Shown: piece after piece, positions 44,549 through 54,328 of the stretch
Layout of the letters: every line of letters begins with the position of its first letter
Numbering within the stretch: the first letter of the stretch is position 1
The notes under the pieces: generated by a model
Seen by the model: only the letters and a program-made list of their open reading frames with translations
Told to the model about the DNA's origin: nothing
Databases searched by the model: none
Source of the DNA: a virus
Taxonomy: Duplodnaviria; Caudoviricetes
Strand: one strand, 5' to 3'
Virus record (IMG/VR): IMGVR_UViG_3300043173_000386
Location: 7,344-71,343 of that record
Length of the DNA: 64,000 nt
Translations under genes and position numbers: made by a program

Positions 44549-45579
44549 CTATCCTATTCATGGAAGGCTTTGAAAATTACAACAAGGATTCCGATGTAGC
44601 CGGCGTTTGGAACAAGGGCGCGCAGACGCCTGTTTATCAGGCGGCCACCCGAGGCAGTCCCGGCGCTGCCATTGAACTTGGCTCAAGCCGAACCCTAAAC
44701 CACGCCATTACAGAAAATCCGGCAACTTGCACGGTTGGGTTTGCGTTCAAACACGACAACGCCATGACCTCAGCATTTGCGTTTTTGCAGTTCAGAGAAG
44801 CCGCTGCGGCTGGTGGCTTCCACATTGAGATCCGCGTTAATACTAGCGGACAGATCGAGGCCCGCCGATTCGTCACAATCGTAGATACATCGAACAAATC
44901 ACTCAGCCAAGGTGTCTGGTACTACATCGAGGCCAAATTATTTGTTAGTGATGGCGCAGGAACGTGTGAGGTTTGGGTCAACGGCAAGAAAGGCGGCTGG
45001 ATAGATTTCAGCGGCGACACACAAAACGGTGGTAACGCATTTGTTGATGCTATTCAATTACAGGGATTGTCTGCTGGTGCTGGTGGGCCTTTTACCTTTG
45101 ACGATCTATATGTCCTCGATGATAGCGGTGGCGCTCCCGGCAACGACAGGCTTGGTGATTCGATTGTCGAAACCCTGAATCCAAGTGGTGCTGGCTTAGA
45201 GGCACAATGGAGTCCTTCTGCCGGCTCCAACTTCCAGAATGTTGACGAGCCTACCCCTGACGACGATACGACCTTCAATTCCTCTCAGGTGGTTGACGAC
45301 GACGACCGGTTCGCTATGGATAATCTTGTCAACGTGCCATCGACCGTGTTTGGTGTTCAGGTCAACGGCATGTTCAGGCTGGAAAACTCAGGCGCGCGAG
45401 ACATTCGTTTGAAGGTTCACGATGGCGTAACCGAAGGCCAGAGCGTTGATAAGACGCCGAGTTTTGATCCTAATTATTCCTACGAATTTGAAGTGTTTGA
45501 GGATCATCCAACCGGTGCTGCGCCGTGGTCAACCGCCGAGGTTAATGCGATGGAAGCCGGCTATCGGATTCAGGCATGA
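44545..45579 (+). CDS. Lectin-like tail appendage protein, paralog 2 (tandem duplicate)
   Basis: Same architecture; C-terminal half nearly identical to paralog 1. Confidence 0.75.
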   Translation: MTILFMEGFENYNKDSDVAGVWNKGAQTPVYQAATRGSPGAAIELGSSRTLNHAITENPATCTVGFAFKHDNAMTSAFAFLQFREAAAAGGFHIEIRVNTSGQIEARRFVTIVDTSNKSLSQGVWYYIEAKLFVSDGAGTCEVWVNGKKGGWIDFSGDTQNGGNAFVDAIQLQGLSAGAGGPFTFDDLYVLDDSGGAPGNDRLGDSIVETLNPSGAGLEAQWSPSAGSNFQNVDEPTPDDDTTFNSSQVVDDDDRFAMDNLVNVPSTVFGVQVNGMFRLENSGARDIRLKVHDGVTEGQSVDKTPSFDPNYSYEFEVFEDHPTGAAPWSTAEVNAMEAGYRIQA

Positions 45580-45953
45580 CCGCGTTCCGGATTTACTACG
45601 GCGACTTTTCGATCTACGAGGGCGAGCCCGAGGGTGCGCCATTTCAAAACGTAATTGCAATCGCGTGGAACGACCCGACGAAGGGCGCCCGCGATCTCGG
45701 CCGCGTGGTGCTGCACGAATGGGATATCTATATTTATTCCGACGACATTGGCTGGCACGGCACGAACAAATACATGGATCTGCTACAGCATCTTGGGCGA
45801 AAGGGTTGCGGCCCAGGTGGTGTGCGCGCGGTGCTGACCGGGCGCTGGATTGACTTCGACAACTACAAGAAAATTCTCGAGCAAGCCAAAACCGAACCGG
45901 GCTTTGACCACAAATCTGCAAGCAGGCCGGTGCTTGAGGATGGGCGCGAATGA
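45576..45953 (+). CDS. Hypothetical protein
   Basis: ATGA coupling both sides. Confidence 0.7.
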   Translation: MTAFRIYYGDFSIYEGEPEGAPFQNVIAIAWNDPTKGARDLGRVVLHEWDIYIYSDDIGWHGTNKYMDLLQHLGRKGCGPGGVRAVLTGRWIDFDNYKKILEQAKTEPGFDHKSASRPVLEDGRE

Positions 45954-46561
45954 GTTCCGCAGCCGCCCCTAGTGTCCGACACTGGCAGATTGTTGGTGGA
46001 TCTGCGTCAGCGGTGCCTATTGACCAAGCCTCGCATGAGCTGTGGACGCTGCTCGGCAGTGAAGATACGACCATCGAGCTTGAACTCGATGAGGACTACG
46101 CGATCATCTTCAAGGTAGGCAATACCGGTGATATGCAGGCTGCCGGTGATATGCAGTTCCAATACGAGGTCAACGGCGCCGGCGGCATGGTCGATGTAAA
46201 CGCGACCAGTTCAAACCTTCGCAGCGCCGCCTCTGGCGATACCGAGGATGCCACCAGCGCCACCGAGCGGCTTGGCACCAGTGCCGAATCATTTACAAGC
46301 TCGGTACTCGATGAAGTCGATGGCTTAATTGCAACAAACATCACCGGCCACGAAGAATTTGAGTTGTATTTCACTTTCAATTTGCGTAGCGCCGAGCTGA
46401 CCGAGGGCGGCGAATCCATTGAGCTGCGCCTTACCACCGGCGGCGCCGACTTTGATCACACGGCGGTCGAGCCTATCCTGATTACCTTACCGAGCTTTGC
46501 CGAGCCGCCACCGGCCTACATTCCGGTTCAACAACTCACACACAGGAACCGCTCGATATGA
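45950..46561 (+). CDS. Beta-sandwich virion protein (putative)
   Basis: Acidic, beta-rich; Pro-containing tail. Confidence 0.65.
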   Translation: MSSAAAPSVRHWQIVGGSASAVPIDQASHELWTLLGSEDTTIELELDEDYAIIFKVGNTGDMQAAGDMQFQYEVNGAGGMVDVNATSSNLRSAASGDTEDATSATERLGTSAESFTSSVLDEVDGLIATNITGHEEFELYFTFNLRSAELTEGGESIELRLTTGGADFDHTAVEPILITLPSFAEPPPAYIPVQQLTHRNRSI

Positions 46562-47034
46562 GTGACTACTACTTCAAGATAGGTGAGATCTCACAGGAGA
46601 CTCGCGCTGAAATAATCGTGATTTGCCGCGGTCTTGATCACGATTGGCAACCGTCCGTAGGGGAAAAACGAAACTACACCGCCAATATGGAGGGCAAAGC
46701 AGCCCTGCAGAAGATTACCGAGCTCACAGATCGGTGGCCTGTGGATATCTGGCAATCAGCTTTTTTTCTTAATATCCCGCCTGGCGGGCAAGTCCACAAG
46801 CACGTTGATGAAGCCCATCCGTGGAACACCTACCATATCGTCCTGCTGACCAACGATCAGTGCATCAATCGGGTTTGGGAAGGTGAGCGCGAGCACGATT
46901 TTCGGCTTCAACCGAACGGAATTTACCGGATCGACCGCAGCATCCCGCATGAATCGTTCAATCATGGTGAGACAGAGCGAATCCACCTACTAATGGAAGT
47001 TCACGAAGGTAAATTCGATCCCGGCCCACAGTAA
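46558..47034 (+). CDS. Fe(II)/2-oxoglutarate dioxygenase (Asp/Asn beta-hydroxylase-like)
   Basis: IPPGGQVHKHVD (HxD), YHIVL.TN, PHESFN.G..ERIHL (distal His and Arg). Confidence 0.85.
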   Translation: MSDYYFKIGEISQETRAEIIVICRGLDHDWQPSVGEKRNYTANMEGKAALQKITELTDRWPVDIWQSAFFLNIPPGGQVHKHVDEAHPWNTYHIVLLTNDQCINRVWEGEREHDFRLQPNGIYRIDRSIPHESFNHGETERIHLLMEVHEGKFDPGPQ

Positions 47035-47046
47035 GGAGCTTAAATT

Positions 47047-47445
47047 ATGAAAACCACTCTCATTTTGTTCGCTCTGCTCGTTTGCCTGCCCGCCGGCGCC
47101 GACACGCTGCGGCTTGATGAGCCTTGCTTTCAGGTCAACATCGAGGTCGATCCGGCCTATGTGGTGGAGCTGCGCGCCTTTCACGAAGGCCAGCTCGTTG
47201 TTGTTGATCGCACTGGCTTTCCGGTGGCGATCTCAGAGAAGTTCTGCGGCTTAGGCGACTGGCTGGTGGAGCTGCGAACCGGCGCCGAGTGCATCGAACT
47301 GCTTGAATATCGGAGCGTTACTGGCGAGCCGTGTTTGTGGTCTGATTGGGAGGAAGCGGTAACGGCCAACGTGCAACACGGTAGCCTGCCGAATCCACCA
47401 ATTTTTCTGGTCCGCATCGACAGAGATACACGATGGAGCCGGTAA
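47047..47445 (+). CDS. Secreted beta-sandwich protein with Cys residues
   Basis: Signal peptide MKTTLILFALLVCLPAGA; AAGGAG RBS; ends PNPPIF like 10151-10531. Confidence 0.65.
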   Translation: MKTTLILFALLVCLPAGADTLRLDEPCFQVNIEVDPAYVVELRAFHEGQLVVVDRTGFPVAISEKFCGLGDWLVELRTGAECIELLEYRSVTGEPCLWSDWEEAVTANVQHGSLPNPPIFLVRIDRDTRWSR

Positions 47446-47846
47446 TCAAGCTGCTTCATCCGGAAGTCGAGGAATCAACCGACAAGCGAGCGATCCGAAC
47501 GTACCCCGCTCCCGACAACACCATGAAAACCTTTTTGAAACGCTACAATCCGAGCGATTCGCCAATGGGTTTTGTGATCGCGGTACGTGCATCCGGACCC
47601 TTGGTTGTGGTATTCATTGACGGCGCCGGATTGCCCTTTTTGACAACTACTGTTCACCCGGTCGGGTTCAAAATGGTCAAGCTGGCGCAGCAAGCCGAAA
47701 AGGGTGACGTAGTTGTTATGAATATCAATGGCACTGATATAGGCTTGCCGCCCAATAACGCACGACAGGTCGGCGCCGCGCTTTTGCGAAAGTCCGACAC
47801 CGCTGATGATTGGCAATTAAAGCACCGCAGGAGAGCAGCACAATGA
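47433..47846 (+). CDS. Hypothetical protein
   Basis: Coupled ORF; ARQVGAALLRKSD.ADDWQL. Confidence 0.6.
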   Translation: MEPVIKLLHPEVEESTDKRAIRTYPAPDNTMKTFLKRYNPSDSPMGFVIAVRASGPLVVVFIDGAGLPFLTTTVHPVGFKMVKLAQQAEKGDVVVMNINGTDIGLPPNNARQVGAALLRKSDTADDWQLKHRRRAAQ

Positions 47847-48310
47847 TGGGACGACTTTACAGCGCATCAATTCCTAATGAAGCGCAGACAACCGCAAAGA
47901 CGCTTGTTGAGATCGCTGCGGCAGCAGACCTGATCGTTACGCTTGAGCGTATGTGGATCAGCCAGAGCGATTTCGATACCTCTGAAAACCTCGGCGTGAA
48001 AGTCGAGGACGAAACCACGACCGGTACGGGTACGACCTTTACCGCGCCATTGCCATTCCCGTTGGTCACAAGTGATACGCCAAGTACCGCTGTGGTCAAG
48101 ACCAACTTCACGATTGAGCCAACGTATTCTGGCGGCATCTATCTAACCCAAGGCTTCAACGTGCTGTCCGGTTGGCTGTGGACGCCGGCGAATGACGATG
48201 AGGTTATCGTTATTTCTCCGTCGCAGCTCGCAGGCATACGCCTCGATGTGGCACCTTCGGGTTCGATGAACTTTAGCTACGGCCTGATCTACCGCGAAAT
48301 CGGCGGTTAA
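47843..48310 (+). CDS. Putative virion structural protein (jelly-roll-like)
   Basis: ATG 47843 after AGGAGA; GFNVLSGWLWTP...IVISP pattern. Confidence 0.7.
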   Translation: MMGRLYSASIPNEAQTTAKTLVEIAAAADLIVTLERMWISQSDFDTSENLGVKVEDETTTGTGTTFTAPLPFPLVTSDTPSTAVVKTNFTIEPTYSGGIYLTQGFNVLSGWLWTPANDDEVIVISPSQLAGIRLDVAPSGSMNFSYGLIYREIGG

Positions 48311-48329
48311 TCAGTTCGTCTGATGCGGG

Positions 48330-50168
48330 GTGGCTTCTCGATTTAGTATTTGGTGGCGCCGTGGCCGCCAATTAGCGAAGCTACCCCCGCTCGACCGTTT
48401 TGCACCACCACCGCCACCGGGGCAACCGGTGTCGGCGTTTACGCCGCATTTCCAGCAGACGCAAAACACCACTCACCGGCGAACGCCGGAAGAAAGCCCG
48501 CACAATCCCGAGCATCCCGCGACTCCTGAGCCGCCGTTTGCGTTCGGTGCGGTAACGCCCGCGACTTCGATCAAGCGCCGCGAGACTCGTCGCCAGCGCA
48601 TACCTGATCCGTTCCATTACGACAAGCCATTAACCACGCGGATCACGCATCTGACCGCGATGGCCTTGTACGGCCAAGGTCCGCCGACTACGCGGATCAC
48701 TCACCTGACCGCAATGGTCTTGTATCGAAATCCAACCTCTCAGGGCCATCCTGAGACGACACCGCCCAAGAAGGGCAAAAAGCGCAAAAACACATTCCCG
48801 TTTGGTACTTCTGCTGGTCGCAGCAGACGCCAGCTACCACGACTTGACACATTCGCGCCGACACCGCCCGGCTTTTTTGCTGGTCAAATTCCGTCATTCG
48901 TACCGTCAGGCTTCTTCAAGAGCTCGTTCACGCGCACCTTGCAGCAGCCGCTTGAGCTCGATCAGCGGCCACCTACGCCGCCACCGCCTGTATCGGTTGT
49001 TGCCGAGACACCAGCACTTAAAGCCAATTTCAGCCGCTTCACGCGCAAGTTACTGACTCCGCTTGAGCTGAATGAACACCCGGCAACGCCGCCCTCAGTA
49101 ATCCCGCCAGCCGCGCTAGATCTGCTGCTTGAGGCCAACCTGGTTGAGTTCAAACGGCAGATCCAGAAGCTACCGCAGCTCGATCAACGACCACCCACGC
49201 CACCACGATTCTTTGAAGGCTTCTGGCCTGCGTCAGATCCATTCCCGACCTTCAAGGTATCGTTTGATCGTAAGCTGCTGACACCGGCAGAGATTGACGA
49301 GTACCCGCCGCCGCCGCCATCGGCTGATCTTTACTCGGCCATTCACAAGTCGCCGGCGGCCATCAGAAGTGAGTTCAAGCGAACGCTGCAAACGCTTGGC
49401 AACCCACACGTTTATCCGGCGACACCGCCCGGCTTTAGGTGGCCGCGTCCACCGATGCCGACGCACAAGGTTGCGTTCGATCGCAAGCTGCAAACGCTGG
49501 CGCATAACGAGGAATACCCGGCGACACCGCCCGGCTTCTTTGAGGGGCAGTGGCCGTCGCACAAGCCACCACCAACGCTAAAGGCATCGTTCGCCCGCCA
49601 GCTCAAGCTGCCGCCAGAACACAACGTCTATCCGCTGCCGCCAGTATCGGCAGACGACTATGCCGGCTATACGCCTGTTCCGAAGTTCACTCAGTCGTTC
49701 ACCAGACAACTGCAGGCGCTTGGTAATCCGCATGTGTATCCGGCAACACCGCCTGGATTCAGATGGCCGCGGCCACCGATGCCAACGCACAAGGTTGCGT
49801 TCGCACGGCATTTGCAGCAATTACCGCAGCTCGATGAGCGTCCGTTGGCGGCGGCAATACAACCACCGCAGCCTGCGGTCGAGTCGTTCAATGTCAGCTT
49901 TACTCGAGATCGACAAGAGCTCGCACACAACTCAGCCTATCCACCGACGCCGCCGAGCATCATCGAGGGCATGGCGCCGTGGGCGGCTCGATCCATCCGG
50001 CGCCGTGAAACACGCCGCAAACTGCAGCCGGTATGGGATCCATCTTCAAACATACCGGAACTGTTTGTACCGGGGCTCACTATTTGCTGGCGAGCTGATC
50101 CTATCAATCTTGTCTGGAAGGCCTGCGCTGACGGTACAACTTGGTTCGCAGATCCACTGTGCGATTAA
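48330..50168 (+). CDS. Proline-rich tandem-repeat protein 1
   Basis: About 10 units of (S/E/A)F.R.LQ...(E/V)YP.TPP.F..WP; variation is mostly synonymous in this frame; C-terminal CW.AD...W.A motif. Confidence 0.75.
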   Translation: MASRFSIWWRRGRQLAKLPPLDRFAPPPPPGQPVSAFTPHFQQTQNTTHRRTPEESPHNPEHPATPEPPFAFGAVTPATSIKRRETRRQRIPDPFHYDKPLTTRITHLTAMALYGQGPPTTRITHLTAMVLYRNPTSQGHPETTPPKKGKKRKNTFPFGTSAGRSRRQLPRLDTFAPTPPGFFAGQIPSFVPSGFFKSSFTRTLQQPLELDQRPPTPPPPVSVVAETPALKANFSRFTRKLLTPLELNEHPATPPSVIPPAALDLLLEANLVEFKRQIQKLPQLDQRPPTPPRFFEGFWPASDPFPTFKVSFDRKLLTPAEIDEYPPPPPSADLYSAIHKSPAAIRSEFKRTLQTLGNPHVYPATPPGFRWPRPPMPTHKVAFDRKLQTLAHNEEYPATPPGFFEGQWPSHKPPPTLKASFARQLKLPPEHNVYPLPPVSADDYAGYTPVPKFTQSFTRQLQALGNPHVYPATPPGFRWPRPPMPTHKVAFARHLQQLPQLDERPLAAAIQPPQPAVESFNVSFTRDRQELAHNSAYPPTPPSIIEGMAPWAARSIRRRETRRKLQPVWDPSSNIPELFVPGLTICWRADPINLVWKACADGTTWFADPLCD

Positions 50169-50179
50169 GAGGATGAACG

Positions 50180-51211
50180 ATGGCACTTTTACTGATCGAA
50201 GGGTTTGAGCAATACACGATAGGCGATTCGCCAGAATTGGCTCGGGGTGGTTGGGCAGCCAACACCACACTCAACAACAGTTTTTACATTTTGAAAGCAG
50301 GGCGACACGCTGGCGGGCAAGGGATTGAACTCGCTCTTAACGGCGGCAATCTGTTTCACCCCATACCGGCAACCGATGTTGTAACGGTTGGCTTTGCTTA
50401 CCGCATGGTCGATGCCGGTCCTTCTGCTCAAACTTTCTTGAATTTGCGAAATGGTCTTATTGATCACTTGGGTTTGGTTGCCACCGTTGGCGGTGAACTT
50501 CGATTGAATCGTGGCGTTACTCAGATCGACATTACGAGCGGCCTGGGTCTGACGCAGAACATTTGGTATTACTTTGAGATTGACGCCACAATCCACAACA
50601 GCACAGGTGCCTACGAAGTTCGTTTAGACGGTGCCACGATATTGAGCGATACCGGTGTTGATACGCAAAATGCCGGTGACGCTGTAGTGGACAATATCGA
50701 GTTTTTGGGCAACTCCGCGACTGATAATGAATTTGACGATATCTATGTCCTCGATGATGCCGGCACTGACAATACTGGCCTACTTGGTGATTGCCGGGTT
50801 GAAACTGTTTTTCCAGATGCGCTTGGCAATGAGAATGACTTCACGGCATCGCCGGCAGTAGATCAACACTTAAACGTCGATGATGGCGTCACGCCTGACG
50901 ACGACACGACCTATAACTGGTCTGCAACAGCGACAGACAGAGAACTCTATGGATTCGCTGCACTGACCGGAAATGTCGGCACTGTCTTTGGTGTTGATGC
51001 AAAAATGCTGTGCAGAAAAGAAGATGCCGGCTTTCGTGAGGTTCGCGTGATTGCCCGCAGCAACATAACCGAAGTCGAGAGCGGCAATCTGACGCTTGGC
51101 GTTGACTATATCTACAAGAACAACATTTACGAAAATGATCCCAACGGTGGAATAAACTGGACTGAAACATCGGTCAACGCGGCGCAGTTCGGAATAGATC
51201 TGCAAACGTGA
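50180..51211 (+). CDS. Lectin-like tail appendage protein, paralog 3
   Basis: EGFEQY, WYYFEI, DDIYVLDD...LGDCRVET.FP, DPNGG.NWT...VNAAQFG. Confidence 0.75.
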   Translation: MALLLIEGFEQYTIGDSPELARGGWAANTTLNNSFYILKAGRHAGGQGIELALNGGNLFHPIPATDVVTVGFAYRMVDAGPSAQTFLNLRNGLIDHLGLVATVGGELRLNRGVTQIDITSGLGLTQNIWYYFEIDATIHNSTGAYEVRLDGATILSDTGVDTQNAGDAVVDNIEFLGNSATDNEFDDIYVLDDAGTDNTGLLGDCRVETVFPDALGNENDFTASPAVDQHLNVDDGVTPDDDTTYNWSATATDRELYGFAALTGNVGTVFGVDAKMLCRKEDAGFREVRVIARSNITEVESGNLTLGVDYIYKNNIYENDPNGGINWTETSVNAAQFGIDLQT

Positions 51212-51219
51212 TGTAGGTC

Positions 51220-54200
51220 GTGACCACCTACACAGAAGATTGGTCTGGTGAAGCAGACGGTGTTTATCCGTCAGGTCTGACAAAACGATGGACAACCACC
51301 AATGAAACAGTCGTTGCGGCCAACTCACTTGCGGAGGCCGAAGATAATTTCACGTTTGAGCAAGAATGGTCGTCCACTTCGGTTCGCAGGCTCAACAGTT
51401 TTAACGCAATAGATGGCGATGCCAACCGCGATGATCTCGACCTCGTAGTACGGTTCCGAATAAACGAAACACCCGGCGATTACCAGTACGGACTTACGGT
51501 TCGTGCATCTGGCACCGCGGGCTCGGAAACCGCGTATGACTTTTGGGTGGTTGAATCAGTCGCCAATACCTTTTTCGTCCAGTTGATCGAGCGCAACTCC
51601 GGCGTAAACGGAGCAGTGGTTTCCGGTGCGGATCAAGTCTCTGATGTAGCCAACGGTGATTGGCTCTACATGCGGGTGCGATGCAATGGCACCACCTTAC
51701 AAGGCAGGCTGTGGAAACCCGATGAAACGGAACCGACGACTTGGAGCCTCGACACGACCGATGCGACGATCACCGCAGCCGGTTGGGGCGGCATCCTCGG
51801 TTTCACGACTGGCTCAAATGCGGAAACAGATTATATAGCCGCCGGTACAGCCGGCGACACCGCACCGATAGATGCGTCAACGAATACCGTTCTTCGGATC
51901 ACTGCCGGTTACGGCGCAGCCCTCGTAACAGATGCCAGCGTTCCGGTGCGCCTCACAGCGGCCTACGCGGCAGCTCTGGTCAAAGACGACACGACGCCGG
52001 TACGGATCACGGCCGCTTACGCGGCAGTCTTATATTCCGGCGCCGTCGATGTGTTGCCAGCGTCAGCCTATATACCGGCGCCACTGCCCTTCAAAACGAG
52101 CTTTGCCCGGAAACTCCAAGTCCCTGCCGAGTTGGATGAACACCCGCCGACACCTATCTCGGTTGCCGCTGAAACGCCAGCCTTGCAGGCGAACCGTGTC
52201 TCATTTGAACGCGATCTCCAACAACCGCTGCAACTGGACACGCGACCGAAAACACCCATACCGCCAGCCGCCTTCATTCCTGTACCCAAGGCGAACCTGA
52301 CTTCGTTCAAGCGCGTTCGCCAGGTAGTCCTCAATCCTCATGTTTACCCGCCAACACCGGCAGGATTTTTCGACGGTTTCTGGCCCGGCTCCAAGCGCGT
52401 CGAGGCGATCCTTGCCGAATTTGAGCGTGAACTGCAGAAGCTACCGCAGCTTGACGAATTTGAGGTAACACCGCCGGGCTTCTTCGCTGGTCAGTTCCCG
52501 GCAGCGGTCAGGCTCAAGCGGATCCCGAGCGCCTATCATCGCGAGGCGAAAGCTCCGCTTGAACTGAACGAGCGCCCGCCGACGCCACCGGGCTTTTTCG
52601 AGGGTCACTGGCCGGCGCCGATCCCTGATCCAACGCATCGAACGTCCTTCAAGCGGACGCTGCAAACCCTTGCAATTCCACCGGTTTACCCGAAAACGCC
52701 GGTATCTGCGGAGGACTACGGCGGCTATACTAAATTTCCGGCTGAAAACCGGATTGAATTTAACCGGCAAATTCAGCCGGTCCTCAATCCGCATGTGTAT
52801 CCAGAGACACCGTTCGGCTTCCAGTGGGGTTTCTACCCCGGATCGAAGGCGGTCGAGTCCTTCAAGGTTGAGTTCAAGCGAACCCGGCGAGATCTCCCGC
52901 ACAACCCTGAATATCCCCCGACGCCAGCCGGTTTCTTTGATGGCTTCTGGCCCGGATCGAAGGCAGTTGAATCGTTCAATGTCTCGTTTACTCGGGTCGC
53001 TCAGAAGCTACCTGAGCTCGATGAGTTTGAGCCCACGCCGCCACGATTCTTTGAGGGCTTCTTCCCCGCGCCATTCAGGATCAAGCGGATCCCGAGCTCA
53101 TACCATCGGCAAGCGCAGCGCGTTCTCGATCCGCATGTGTACCCGACCACTCCTGTCGGATTCTTTGACGGTTTCTACCCCGGATCTAAACGGGTTGAGA
53201 GCTTTGTATCGTCATTCAAGCGGACAGTTCAGAAGTTACCTGAGCTTGATCGTTATAAGCCCACACCGCCGCGGTTCTTTGAGGGCTTCTTCCCGGCTCC
53301 TTTCCGCGTCAAGCGGATCCCGAGCTCCTACCATCGTGAGGCACAGCGCGTTCTCAACCCGCATGTGTATCCGGCTACGCCTGTCGAACACTGGCCGGCT
53401 CACAAGCGCGTCGAGGTCAACCGGACAGCGTTCACACGGCGTTTGCAGACACCACTTGAGATCGACCGCTATCCGGAAACTCCGAAATCCGCGGTTGCCT
53501 ACGCCGGGCATACGCCTGTACCGACGCTCAAGGCCTCGTTCACGCGCCGGCTGCAGAGCCTCGGCAACCCGCATGTGTATCCACCGACGCCAGCAGGCTT
53601 TTTCGATGGCTTCTGGCCTGGATCTAAGCGTGTAGAACCACTGCGTAGTGCATACGAGCGCCGCCTTGCAAAACTGCCGCAGCTCGATGAGCGTCCACCG
53701 CCGCTGCCTGTGGTGCTGGCGCTGCCGCAGCCGGCGAAACGAGTCAAATTTACACGTAGCGTCCAGACGGTAATTCACCCCGAGCTGCCAACGCCAACCC
53801 CGCCGGGCTTCCGTTGGCCGAGGCCGCCGCCACCTGTTCTCAGGAGTGAGTTCACGCGCGAGCTGGCGAAGCTGCCGCAGCACGATCAATGGACGCCGAC
53901 CCCGCCGCGCTTCTTTGAGGGCCAGTATCCGGCTGCCTTCCGGGTAGAGACTCACAAGGTATCGTTCAAGCGAACGCCGCAACCGGTTGTGTTAAGCAGA
54001 TTCCGACCGGTTGCGATAGTGACCGCTTATCGGGCTGTCACTACCATTCGTCGGCGGGCCACCACCTTCAAAGCCTTTGCGCCACCGCTGCTGCAGCTCA
54101 GTCGTATTTTCCCGCCATCGTTCATTATTGGTGACGCCAGATGGCAGATGCGGGCTATTTACCGACGCGACATTCAGCGGGTCATTCAGCCAGTGTGGAA

Positions 54201-54309
54201 CGCATCGCCTATTGTTGCAGAGGGTTTCCGTCCTTCGGATCCGGACTGCATCTGGCTCGCGGATTGTGCGCCTACCGTGTGGTTAGCTCAGGATGAGTCC
54301 TGTATTTGA
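51220..54309 (+). CDS. Lectin-domain + proline-rich tandem-repeat protein 2
   Basis: ConA-like N-terminal domain, three R(I/L)TA motifs, about 18 Pro-rich units of the same type as 48330-50168, C-terminal CIWLADC..VWLA. Confidence 0.8.
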   Translation: MTTYTEDWSGEADGVYPSGLTKRWTTTNETVVAANSLAEAEDNFTFEQEWSSTSVRRLNSFNAIDGDANRDDLDLVVRFRINETPGDYQYGLTVRASGTAGSETAYDFWVVESVANTFFVQLIERNSGVNGAVVSGADQVSDVANGDWLYMRVRCNGTTLQGRLWKPDETEPTTWSLDTTDATITAAGWGGILGFTTGSNAETDYIAAGTAGDTAPIDASTNTVLRITAGYGAALVTDASVPVRLTAAYAAALVKDDTTPVRITAAYAAVLYSGAVDVLPASAYIPAPLPFKTSFARKLQVPAELDEHPPTPISVAAETPALQANRVSFERDLQQPLQLDTRPKTPIPPAAFIPVPKANLTSFKRVRQVVLNPHVYPPTPAGFFDGFWPGSKRVEAILAEFERELQKLPQLDEFEVTPPGFFAGQFPAAVRLKRIPSAYHREAKAPLELNERPPTPPGFFEGHWPAPIPDPTHRTSFKRTLQTLAIPPVYPKTPVSAEDYGGYTKFPAENRIEFNRQIQPVLNPHVYPETPFGFQWGFYPGSKAVESFKVEFKRTRRDLPHNPEYPPTPAGFFDGFWPGSKAVESFNVSFTRVAQKLPELDEFEPTPPRFFEGFFPAPFRIKRIPSSYHRQAQRVLDPHVYPTTPVGFFDGFYPGSKRVESFVSSFKRTVQKLPELDRYKPTPPRFFEGFFPAPFRVKRIPSSYHREAQRVLNPHVYPATPVEHWPAHKRVEVNRTAFTRRLQTPLEIDRYPETPKSAVAYAGHTPVPTLKASFTRRLQSLGNPHVYPPTPAGFFDGFWPGSKRVEPLRSAYERRLAKLPQLDERPPPLPVVLALPQPAKRVKFTRSVQTVIHPELPTPTPPGFRWPRPPPPVLRSEFTRELAKLPQHDQWTPTPPRFFEGQYPAAFRVETHKVSFKRTPQPVVLSRFRPVAIVTAYRAVTTIRRRATTFKAFAPPLLQLSRIFPPSFIIGDARWQMRAIYRRDIQRVIQPVWNASPIVAEGFRPSDPDCIWLADCAPTVWLAQDESCI

Positions 54310-54328
54310 GCGGTGTTTTCGGGTATAA

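Noticed and set aside
43514-45579. Possible DGR template/variable repeat pair
   Set aside because: Both copies are full coding genes, differences are mostly synonymous and not adenine-specific, and no reverse transcriptase is in the window.
48330-54309. CRISPR-like periodic DNA repeats and long alternative-frame ORFs (49660-50208, 52670-53635, 53236-53982)
   Set aside because: Repeats are degenerate at third codon positions of the Pro-rich frame; the other frames are Ser/Arg-rich shadows.
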